Positions 22,659 to 31,641 of a stretch of DNA of 64,000 bases are shown in pieces (position 1 is the first letter of the stretch; each line of letters opens with the position of its first letter). A program made the position numbers and the translations under genes. The notes under the pieces are model-generated. The model was given only the letters and a program-made list of their open reading frames with translations. It was not told the DNA's origin and made no database searches. The stretch is taken from NCBI GenBank assembly GCA_963701565.1, contig CAVPAN010000007.1, positions 25,362-89,361 on the forward strand, given 5' to 3'. Source of the stretch: an uncultured Microthrixaceae bacterium. Its GTDB lineage: Bacteria > Actinomycetota > Acidimicrobiia > Acidimicrobiales > DATDAH01.

Positions 22659-24696
22659 AGTTCGAACTGGAAAGTCCGTTTGCCCCGGCGGGGGATCAGC
22701 CGCAGGCGATCGAAGCCCTGGTGCGCGGGTTGCAAGAGCAGCGTCGTCACCAGGTGTTGATGGGAGTCACGGGGTCAGGCAAGACATTCACGATGGCCAA
22801 CGTGATTGCCGCCATGCAGAAACCCACGCTGATTATCTCGCACAACAAGACCTTGGCGGCGCAGCTTTACTCCGAGTTTCGGCAATTCTTCCCCCGTAAC
22901 GCGGTCCACTATTTTGTCAGCTATTACGATTACTACCAACCGGAAGCTTACATTCCGCAACGCGACATCTATATCGAAAAAGATGCTTCGATCAATTCCG
23001 AGATTGACCGCTTGCGACTGGCATCCACCAGCTCTTTGGTCAGTCGCAGCGATGTGATCATCGTGGCCAGTGTTTCCTGCATCTATGGTTTGGGATCGCC
23101 TGACGACTATCGCAGCATGATGGTGGCGCTGCATACGGGTCAGCTGGTCGATCGTGACGACGTGCTGCGGCGGTTGATCGACATCCAATACGAGCGAAAC
23201 GATGTCGGATTCGAACGTTCCAAGTTCCGGGTGCGCGGGGACTGTGTTGAAGTCTGGCCGGCGTACGAGGACTACGCTTATCGCATTGAGTTATGGGGTG
23301 ACGAGATTGAGCAGCTCTCGATCATCAATCCGATCACCGGGGAACCAATCAGCACCATGGATCGCATGTTCCTCTACCCGGCAAAACACTTTGTCATGCC
23401 TGATGATCGCATTGCGGCCGCGGTGGAGACGATCCGGGAAGAACTAGAGGTGCGGTTGGAGCAGTTGCGGCAGCATGGCAAGCTGTTGGAGGCTCAACGC
23501 TTGTCGGCACGGACGCGTTACGATTTGGAAATGATGACAGAAGTTGGCTACTGTCCCGGCATCGAGAATTACAGTCGTCCCTTGTCGGGTCGTCCTCCCG
23601 GCTCCACGCCTGACACTTTGTTCAATTTTTTCCCGGAAGAGTTCTTGTTGTTCGTCGACGAATCCCACGTAACGATTCCGCAAATCCGCGCGATGTTCGC
23701 CGGAGATCAAAGCCGCAAGCAGACGTTAGTGGAACATGGGTTTCGCCTGCCCAGCGCGCTTGACAACCGACCGCTGAAATTCGAGGAATGGGAAGCCAAG
23801 GTGCATCGTGCGATTTTTGTCTCCGCGACGCCGGGCGAGTATGAGCTGCGGCAGTCGGGTGGGGAAGTAATCGAGCAGGTCATCCGACCCACGGGACTGC
23901 TCGATCCGGTCCTGGAGATATTTCCGGCGCGGCAACAGGTTCCACACTTGTTGGAGCAAATCCGTGAGCGCGCGCAGTTGGGGGAACGCGTCCTGGTCAC
24001 CACACTCACCAAGCGGCTGGCCGAAGACCTATCCGCTTACTTGTGCGAGCAGGGAGTGGCCTGTAAATGGCTGCACAGCGAGCTGGATGCCTTCGCACGC
24101 GTGGATTTACTGAGGGAGCTGCGGGAAGGGGCGCTTCGAAGCGCTCGTGGGCGTCAACCTGTTGCGCGAAGGACTCGATCTGCCGGAAGTCTCCCTGGTG
24201 GCGATTCTGGACGCGGATAAAGAGGGATTCTTGCGGAGTGAGACTTCATTGGTTCAGACAATCGGCCGTTCGCGCGAAATGTAAATGCCAAAGTGATCCT
24301 CTATGCCGATACGATCACCGACTCCATGCAACTCGCGATCGACGAGACGCAACGTCGGCGAACGTTGCAGGAGGCCTACAACCAGCGACACGGCATCACC
24401 CCAGAGACTATCAAGAAATCGATTCAGGCGAGTATTGAATCCGATGTTCAGCGCACTGCGCCGCCCGCGAGGCGGTCGCGGCCAGCGACGCTGCACCGGC
24501 CGCCAGCCAGGAATATCTGGAGGAGCTGGAAGCGGAAATGATGAAGGCAGCTGACGAGTTGGATTTCGAGCGGGCTGCAATGCTCCGCGACCGCATCCGG
24601 GAGCTGCGTGACGGCAATGGCGTCGCCAGTAAACCCAAAACAGGACGACGGGGACGAAAATCGAGTCGCAGCGTCCCGCGTCCGAAAAAGATTTAG
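22655..24696 (+). CDS. uvrB: Excinuclease ABC subunit B (3' quarter frameshifted at least 3 times)
   Basis: ORF 22655..24220 reads [23 protein letters not shown]...[15 protein letters not shown]... Other frames carry [40 protein letters not shown] and [23 protein letters not shown]. They also hold the UVR-domain tail [26 protein letters not shown], ending at TAG 24694-24696. Confidence 0.85.
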
Positions 24697-24814
24697 AGCC
24701 TATCCCAAAAGCTCGTACGTAGTGTGGGCCTGCTGGCCCGCGAAGAGGTTTTGGGATAGGCTCTTGGCTCGAGCGCCACGCAATAAAAATCCGCCGCTCG
24801 ATCGGGTTACAATC

Positions 24815-25633
24815 ATGCCTACAGACCCTATACGCCACATCCACAATATTGGCTTCGTGTCTACACGGACCTGTGGCACCGATGGCGTCAGCCTGGAGAT
24901 TGGCAAGTGGACGCATGTGCTGGAACATCTTGGCTACGATTGCTACTTCATTGCGGCAAGTCCGATCGCCCTGCAGACCGAAGCTTCGTGATCGACGAAG
25001 CGGACTTCCTGCATCCGACAATCCAACAGATTAATCGCCAGGCCTTTGGCAGTCAGCTTCGCAGTCAGGAACTCAGCCGGCAGATTCGGCGGATCGCCGA
25101 ACATTTGAAGACGCAGCTGTATCGAGCCATCGAACAGTTTCTGTTGGACCTGCTGATTGCACAGAACTCACTGACGATTCCACTGAATATTCCGCTGGGG
25201 GCGTGCTGCTGGAGATCCTGATTGAGACCGGATTGCCCTGCATCGCCCATCATCACGACTTTGCCTGGGAGTCGCCAGCGGTTCCTGGTGAATTCGGTCG
25301 ATGATTACATCGATTCGGCGTTTCCACCCGCCATCGCCGAAATCGAGCATGTTGTGATTAACTCGCTGGCCGGCCTGGAATTCGGACGACGGACCGGGCT
25401 GACCTATCGTGTGATTCCCAACGTAATGGACTTCGCCCATGGCCCCGGAAGTCGTCCGCCAAGTCCGGCACGTCCTGGCCGATTCCGAGTACCGCCAGCA
25501 AATGGTAGAACACAACTATGCGGCGGCCCGGCAGTTTTATTCGTACGAGCGAGTTGAACACGAGTTGCGGGCGATCTTGGACAAGCCACGGCCCTGCGCG
25601 GCCCCGCGGCCGGATGGGGCCGGTTCCCCCTGA
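24815..25633 (+). CDS. Glycosyltransferase-like protein (GT4-like N-terminal half plus C-terminal tail; fragmented, possibly internally deleted)
   Basis: The reading MPTDPIRHIHNIGFVSTRTCGTDGVSLEIGKWTHVLEHLGYDCYFIA.../...LLIAQNSLTIPLNIPLG.../...GLPCIAHHHDFAWE.../...HVVINSLAGLEFGRRTGLTYRVIPNVMDF / APEVVRQVRHVLADSEYRQQMVEHNYAAARQFYSYERVEHELRAIL* crosses 4 frames. No EX7E-containing second Rossmann half is visible. Confidence 0.45.
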
Positions 25634-25881
25634 AATGACTTGCCACGGCACTTGCCATTCGAGTAAACTCGCTGTCGTCGGTCGGTGTGCCGTGCAGAAG
25701 TGCAGACGCTTGTTGCCAGCTTCTGCCGACTCTGCGTATCGTTCCGGGAATTTGGCAGACGACGGCTACGGAGGATGACCAGCAATGCCGGCCGCTTGTA
25801 CGCTTGACGCTTATCAGCGGGTCGAGCTGGGCTTGCACATTGACCATGCCTGTTTCGACGTGGACCAGCAGAGACGAGGCG

Positions 25882-26273
25882 ATGAACGCACGACGCTTCA
25901 GGAAGATGGTGGTTGGCGTCCTGTTGGCAGGCGTGGCGGTCAGCGGTACGGCCGTCGGTGCCCTGCAATGGCGGATTCACCAGGCGGTGGCGAACATTCT
26001 GCGGTCGCGCAAGAAGCCTTCCCGCATGCTGGAGATGATGTCGCCGCACTGCGTGACATGATGACCTCCGATTCTCATGCACTTCGCGACCGGAATCTCG
26101 CCGTGTGGACGTTGGGAAGGCTGAGTGACCCTCGTGCCTTGCCGGATCTGCAGAGCCGCCTGCACGGGAGACGCCTGCGATCACAACAAAGATCTGTGCC
26201 AGTACGAATTACAGAAAGCTATCCGACGCTGTGGACGGGCCCGGAGGGCCGATACAACCTTAGCCGGCGGTGA
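25882..26273 (+). CDS. Small membrane-anchored HEAT-repeat-like protein (frameshifted; 3' end uncertain, 26273 or 26322)
   Basis: MNARRFRKMVVGVLLAGVAVSGTAVGAL supplies a TM segment. Then AALRDMMTSDSHALRDRNLAVWTLGRLSDPRALPDLQSRL follows, a HEAT/PBS-lyase-like motif. Confidence 0.4.
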
Positions 26274-26283
26274 TAACCGCCGG
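26264..26283 (+). terminator. Stem-loop at end of planctomycete-like segment
   Basis: CCGGCGG-TGATAA-CCGCCGG is a 7-bp stem whose loop contains tandem stops TGA TAA. No T-tract follows it. Confidence 0.3.
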
Positions 26284-26291
26284 ATAGATAG

Positions 26292-26860
26292 GATGTCTGT
26301 TCCGTTCATGCACCCGCGATGACTGAATGCCAGCTGGACCAGGCACTACAGGCCGGTTATGAAACTGTCAATCGTGCCGAACAATCCAATGCGCAAATAT
26401 TTATTGGCGGTGAAATGGGCATTGCAAACAGTACCGCTGCATCCGCACTTGCCTGTATCCTGCTCAATACACCTCCCGCGCAACTCACCGGACCTGGAAC
26501 CGGACTTGATGCCAGCGGTATTGCACATAAATTGCATGTCATACAACGCGCCCTTGGACTACATAATCCTGTTGTCACATGCCCTATGGAAGCATTGCGC
26601 CGCGTGGGTGGTTTCGAGATCGCCGCACTGACCGGGGCCTATATTCGCTGTGCTCAGCAAGGCATACCCGTTATCATCGATGGTTTTATTTCTTCTGTCG
26701 CAGCGCTTACCGCAGCACAACTGCAACCTGATATAACACATTGGCTATTGTTTGCCCATCGCTCCACGGAACCCGGCCACCATCATGTGCTCAACGCACT
26801 TGGCGCCAGTCCATGGCGCTCGATCTGAAGCTTCGCCTGGGAGAAGGGAGTGGCGCCGCC
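26292..26860 (+). pseudogene. cobT: Internal fragment of cobT (nicotinate-nucleotide--dimethylbenzimidazole phosphoribosyltransferase), lower GC, one frameshift
   Basis: The frame reads DVCSVHAPAMTECQLDQALQAGYE...IFIGGEMGIANSTAASALACILL...GFEIAALTGAYIRCAQQGIPVIIDGFISSVAALTAA... After a shift near 26,805 it reads MALDLKLRLGEGSGAA. The N-terminal third and the extreme C-terminus of the family are missing. Sampled 60-nt lines give 31/60 and 26/60 GC. Confidence 0.8.
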
Positions 26861-27610
26861 GTCTCGGACCTCCTCGTGGCGGACCCGGACCTGGACGCCT
26901 TCCTGGCCCTCGGTGACCTGCAGTACCCGAGCGGGACCCTCAACGACTTCCAGCAGCACTACGAGTCCAGCTTCGGCCGGGTGAAGGCGATCACCCACCC
27001 GGTCGTGGGGAACCACAAGTACCAGTCCCGTGATGCGAGCGGGTACTTCGACTACTTCGGCGCGGTTGCCGGGCCCCGGGGGCGGGGGTGGTACAGCTTC
27101 GACCTGGGGGCCCGCTGGCACCTGGTCGCGCTGAACTCGAACTGTGACGAGGTGGGCTGCGGTGACGGCTCACCGCAGCTGGACTGGCTCCGGTCGGACC
27201 TGCGGGCCAACACCCGGCCCTGTGTGCTGGCCTACTGGCACCACCCCCGCTGGAGCTCGGGCGGCAACCCGCGCCAGGACCTCCGGGTCGAGCCCTTCGT
27301 CCGGGTGCTGGCCCAGCACGGGGCGGAGGTGGCCCTCGCCGGCCATGTGCACAACTACGAACGCTTCGCCCCCCAACGGCCTGACGGCACCGCCGCGGTG
27401 GACGGCCTGCGGCAGTTCGTGGTCGGCACCGGCGGTCGGTCGGTCGGCCCCGACCATGGTTTCCGAGAGCCATCCCTGCGCCACTCCCAGCGTCGCATAG
27501 CCGGGGTGTTCGGTCTGGCCCGCCTCGTGCTCACCCACACCGGCTACTGGTGGTCCTTCGTGGACGAGACCGGGAGGGTCCGGGACTCGGGCTCGGCCCG
27601 CTGCCGCTAG
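26861..27610 (+). CDS. Metallophosphoesterase (calcineurin-like), 5'-truncated at the junction
   Basis: The motifs FLALGDLQY, VVGNHKY, AYWHHP and AGHVHNYER are present, but the first D-x-H motif and any start codon are absent. The reading frame is fused to the cobT fragment in ORF 26741..27610. Confidence 0.75.
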   Translation, partial: VSDLLVADPDLDAFLALGDLQYPSGTLNDFQQHYESSFGRVKAITHPVVGNHKYQSRDASGYFDYFGAVAGPRGRGWYSFDLGARWHLVALNSNCDEVGCGDGSPQLDWLRSDLRANTRPCVLAYWHHPRWSSGGNPRQDLRVEPFVRVLAQHGAEVALAGHVHNYERFAPQRPDGTAAVDGLRQFVVGTGGRSVGPDHGFREPSLRHSQRRIAGVFGLARLVLTHTGYWWSFVDETGRVRDSGSARCR

Positions 27611-27716
27611 GCGCCGGCCAGGAAATGGGCCGAATGGCCCGGTCAAGGCTCCGCCGGATCCCGCCGATCCAGGGCACAGCGTCGGACATCCCGTCCGCGC
27701 ACGTGGGAGGAACGCC

Positions 27717-29192
27717 ATGTTCAGGAAATCGATCTTCGGGTTCGTGGCCCTCGCCACGATCTCCTTGTTGGGGGCCCTGGCGCCACCGTCGGCAGGGGCT
27801 GTGGTCCCCACCGATCAGACGACACTGCAGTTGACGGGAACCAGCGCGGTCGTGCCCCTGGTGGGCGACTTCAACGGCGACTCCGCGGAGGACATCTTCT
27901 GGTACGGCCGCACGTCGGCACCGGACTCGATGTGGTTCAACAAGGTCATCTCCTCGGGCGCCGACGGGATGAACACGTTCACGACGAAGGCCGTCACGGT
28001 GGCGGGAAACTACGTCCCGCTGGTGGGCGACTTCAACGGTGACGGCATCGACGACGTCTTCTGGTACGCGGGCGGCACCGCCGCCGACTCGGTCTGGTAC
28101 TTCCACGCCGACAAGAGCCACACCGCGGTGCAGTACACCGTGAACGGCACCTACCGTCCTGTCGTCGGCAACTTCGACACCATCGATCCGGTCACCCCCA
28201 CCGAAGGTGGTGCCCAAGTACACGAGCGCGACGACATCTTCTGGTTCCCGACAGGTACGGGCAACAGCTCGCTGTGGTCCGGCAACCTCGACAACACCTT
28301 CGGCAAGCGGGTCTACGCCAACCGGCCGCCCACGGGCGCTCAGGCGCTCGTCGGTGAGTTCAAGCTGCAGGACGGCGAGCTGGAGCCGAGCCCGGACATC
28401 TTCTTCTACCGCCCTGGCACCGGAACCGACTCGCTCTGGGTGAGCCTCGGTGACGGTCGGTTCACGCCCTCCGCGAAGACCGTGCACGGCCAGTTCCGCC
28501 CGGTTGTGGGCAACTTCGACCAGACCGGATCCCGGCTCGCTCTCCCCGAGGAAGCGATCGAGGAGTATGGCGAGGTGACGGACTACGGCGAGGTGAAGAG
28601 CGCCCTGCTCGACTACCTGGCCGACAAGTGCTTCAACGGCAACATGCAGAAGTGTGACGACCTGCACACGATCGCTGACGAGCACGAGGCCGTTCCGTCC
28701 GGGTACCACTCCTACGGCGAGACATGCGGCCTGCGCCGCGGCCCCGGTGTCATCAACTGCGTCGAGCAGACGTGGGAGCCGGCGCCGACCGGTCTGGACG
28801 ACATCCTCTGGTACGGCGCGGGCACGGCGGCGGACAAGCTCTGGATCAACACGGGCTCGTCCTTCACCATCAGTTCGCTCACGATCGGGTTCACGGCGAT
28901 CCCAACGGTGATCCGCAGCGGGCCGGGGGGCTACACCGGCGGCGACCGGATCCTGTGGAACAGCGCCACGGGCCCCGAGAGGATCTGGGCCCCGACCCCG
29001 GGCGGCACCTCGTTCGGGTCGACGACCCTGGCGGACATGGGCACCACCCGCAAGCCGCTGGCTGCGGAGTTCACGGTCCGGACCCTGGGCTCACAGTACC
29101 TCCAGGACGAGGTGCTGTGGTACGCCCCGGGCAACAACACGGACCAGAAGGAGACCCTCTGGCTCGAGCCGGGCGGCCCCTGGCCGACCTGA
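27717..29192 (+). CDS. Secreted FG-GAP/VCBS-like repeat (beta-propeller-type) protein
   Basis: This is an intact 491-aa ORF with a GGGAGG RBS and signal peptide MFRKSIFGFVALATISLLGALAPPSAGA. It has about 8 repeats of the type PLVGDFNGD..(D/E)DIFWY..GT..DS.W. Confidence 0.7.
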   Translation: MFRKSIFGFVALATISLLGALAPPSAGAVVPTDQTTLQLTGTSAVVPLVGDFNGDSAEDIFWYGRTSAPDSMWFNKVISSGADGMNTFTTKAVTVAGNYVPLVGDFNGDGIDDVFWYAGGTAADSVWYFHADKSHTAVQYTVNGTYRPVVGNFDTIDPVTPTEGGAQVHERDDIFWFPTGTGNSSLWSGNLDNTFGKRVYANRPPTGAQALVGEFKLQDGELEPSPDIFFYRPGTGTDSLWVSLGDGRFTPSAKTVHGQFRPVVGNFDQTGSRLALPEEAIEEYGEVTDYGEVKSALLDYLADKCFNGNMQKCDDLHTIADEHEAVPSGYHSYGETCGLRRGPGVINCVEQTWEPAPTGLDDILWYGAGTAADKLWINTGSSFTISSLTIGFTAIPTVIRSGPGGYTGGDRILWNSATGPERIWAPTPGGTSFGSTTLADMGTTRKPLAAEFTVRTLGSQYLQDEVLWYAPGNNTDQKETLWLEPGGPWPT

Positions 29193-29214
29193 TCGGTCAG
29201 CGGTAGGCGCATGC

Positions 29215-29254
29215 GGCCGGGGTCCCGGGACGGAGACGTCCCGGGACCCCGGCC
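29215..29254. terminator. Perfect 18-bp-stem hairpin between convergent genes (bidirectional terminator candidate)
   Basis: GGCCGGGGTCCCGGGACG-GAGA-CGTCCCGGGACCCCGGCC sits between the stop at 29192 (+) and the stop at 29287 (-). Confidence 0.6.
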
Positions 29255-29286
29255 TCTCGCCGTTCCCGGCGCGCCACCCTGAGCCC

Positions 29287-30526
29287 TCAGCCGGCGGCGC
29301 GCCGCGGGGTGAAGCGCACGGCGGTGATGGCATGGCCCTCGACGGTGAGCACCTGCGCCGTCCAGTCGCCCAGCGCCACCCGCTCGCCGGGCTCGGTGGG
29401 GATGTGGCCCAGCTCGTCGAGGACGGCACCGGCAACGGTCGTGTACTCGCCCTCGGGGATCTCGACCCCGATGTCCTCGAGATCGTGGACGGGGAACCGC
29501 CCAGGGAGCACGAACGAGCCACCGGGGAGCCGGCGGACGGTGAGGATGTCGCGGTCGGACTCGTCGTAGATCTCGCCGACCAGTTCCTCGACCAGGTCCT
29601 CGACGCTGACCAGGCCCTCGGTGCCGCCGTGCTCGTTGACGACCAGGCAGATCTGCTGGCGGTCGGCCTGCATGCGGCGCAGGGCGTCGAGGACCTGGAC
29701 CGACTCGGGCAGGAAGAGGGCGGGACGGGTGTGGGCCGAGACGGGGTCGTTCGGGCGGCCGATCAGGTCGCGGAGGTGGATGGTGCCGATGACCTCGTCG
29801 AGGTCCTGGCCGGCGGCGGTCACCGGGGCCCGGGAGTGGCCGGCCTCGGCCAGGAGGGCGGCCGCGGCCTGGCAGGGCATGGCGCCGTCGACGGGCACCA
29901 CGTCGGCCCGCGGACGCAGCACCTGGCGCAGGGTCCGCTCCGCCGCCTCGAGGGCGCCCTCGATGATCTCGCGCTGGTCGGCGGAGAACGTGGTGTGCTC
30001 GGCGATGATGCCGCGCACCTCCTCGGTGCTCATCTCCTCGGCCCGGGCGTCGGGGTTGCCGCCGACCAGGCGCACCACGAGGTCGGTCGAGTGCGAGAGC
30101 ACCCAGACGACCGGGCGGGTGACCGTGGACATGACCGCCAGCGGACGCGCCGCGAGCAGGCCCCAGCGCTCGGTGTTCTGCATGGCCAGGCGCTTGGGGA
30201 CCAGCTCGCCGAGGACGAGGGTCACATAGGACAGGATCAGGGTCACCACCACGACCGACACGGGCCCGGCCGCGTTCCCGAGGAAGCTGAGCGGCTCCTC
30301 CAGGGGCACGGCCAGGGACACCGCGGCGGTGGCCGAGGCCAGGAAGCCGGCGAGGGTGATGCCGATCTGGATGGTGGCCAGGAACTGGTTGGGGTGGCGG
30401 GTGAGGTGCGCCAGCGTCCGGCCCCGTCGGCCCGCCGGACTCCTCGAGCCGGCGGATCTGGCTCTCGCGCAGTGACACCAGCGCCAGCTCGGTGCCGGTG
30501 AGCGCGGCGTTGATCGCCACCAGCAC
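29287..30526 (-). CDS. Hemolysin/CNNM-family protein (DUF21-CBS pair-CorC_HlyC), 1-2 frameshifts near the 5' end
   Basis: ORF 29287..30321 and its upstream open frame read HPNQFLATIQIGITLAGFLAS...GELVPKRLAM...two CBS-like segments...LVVNEHGGTEGLVSVEDLVEELVGEI...GEYTTVAGAVLDELGHIP. The N-terminus VLVAINAALTGTELALVSLRESQIRRLEE lies in another frame, with the joint at GGCGGG near 30,43x. Confidence 0.8.
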
Positions 30527-30573
30527 GGCGACGAGGAGCGAGTTGGGGGCCGGTCCCGTTCACAGGGGTGAGG

Positions 30574-31306
30574 CTACGGGTCCGCCCATTCGACCGAGAG
30601 GATCCGGTGGTCCGCGCCCTTGTGGATGACGACGTCGGCCCCGGCCCGGGTCGGGGCGATGTGCTCGAGCAGGTTGGGGTGGTTGACCCCGTCCCAGACC
30701 GCACGGGCCAGGTCGGCCACGGCCGCCTCGTCGAGGTCGATCCAGGCTCGGTAGAAGGATGTCGGGTCGTCGACCGCGGCCTCGACGAGCGTCTGGAAGC
30801 GGGCGACGTACCACGCCACGACGTCGGCCTCTTCGGCGTGGATGTAGACGCCGAGGTCGGCGAACGCGTCGCTGGAGGGCCACGACGCCCTCGACCACGA
30901 GCACGTCGGGGCGATCGAGGTGTCCGGGCGTCCTCGAGCACGTCATAGCGCTCGTGGGAGTAGACGGGGACCTCGAGCGGAGTCCCGCCCGTGCCGGGCG
31001 GCGGTCACGACCGCCTCGAGGCGGTCCAGGTCGTAGGTCTCCGGGTAGCCCTTCCGGTCCAGGAGGCCCCGGCTTCGCCAGGACGGCGTTCGGGTGGAGG
31101 AAGCCGTCGGTGGAGACGACCGCGACACGGTCACCGTTCGCCCGGAGGTGGTCGGCGAGGTGCGCGGCGATGGTCGACTTGCCGACCGCGACCGGGCCGG
31201 CGACGGCGAGGACCCGGGTGCGTGCCCGGCGTCGGCGACAGACGGTCGGCGATGGCACCGAGGGGGTCGGCGACGGGCACCGGCCCGACGCTAGCCACCC
31301 GGGCAT
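30574..31306 (-). CDS. coaA: Type I pantothenate kinase-like P-loop kinase (at least 4 frameshifts)
   Basis: VLAVAGPVAVGKSTIAAHLADHL...VAVVSTDGFLHPNAVL is in ORF 30560..31306 and GLLDRKGYPETYDLDRLEAVV in 30943..31134. The C-terminal DDPTSFYRAW...AVWDGVNHPNLLEHIAPTRAGADVVIHKGADHRILSVEW is in 30574..30819. The region before the P-loop is shorter than in classical CoaA. Confidence 0.6.
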
Positions 31307-31373
31307 GGGCGACCGGGTGGCGACAAGGGCTACTCTCTGCGTTCACAAGCTCACACGAGGGAGGGAACCCGGC

Positions 31374-31590
31374 ATGGGTCTGTTCGACCGGTTCAGGAAG
31401 ACGGCGGAAGACGTCAAGGACAGGGCCACCGACCTCGCCGACGAGCACGGGGACGAGGCCAAGGACGCCATCGACAAGGCGGCGGACTTCGCCTCGGACA
31501 AGACCGACCACGACGACGACGATCGACAAGGGTGCCGACGCCGCGAAGGACGCCATCGACAAGCTCGCGGGCGACGACACCCCCAAGTAG
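31374..31590 (+). CDS. Small MT0933-like (antitoxin-family) protein, one frameshift
   Basis: The ATG is preceded by GAGGGAGGGAA. The product is MGLFDRFRKTAEDVKDRATDLADEHGDEAKDAIDKAADFASDKTDHDDD / IDKGADAAKDAIDKLAGDDTPK*. Confidence 0.45.
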
Positions 31591-31641
31591 CCCCGGCGCC
31601 GGCGGCGGGCCGGCGTCCCACGGGCAGGAAAGGCGGACACG

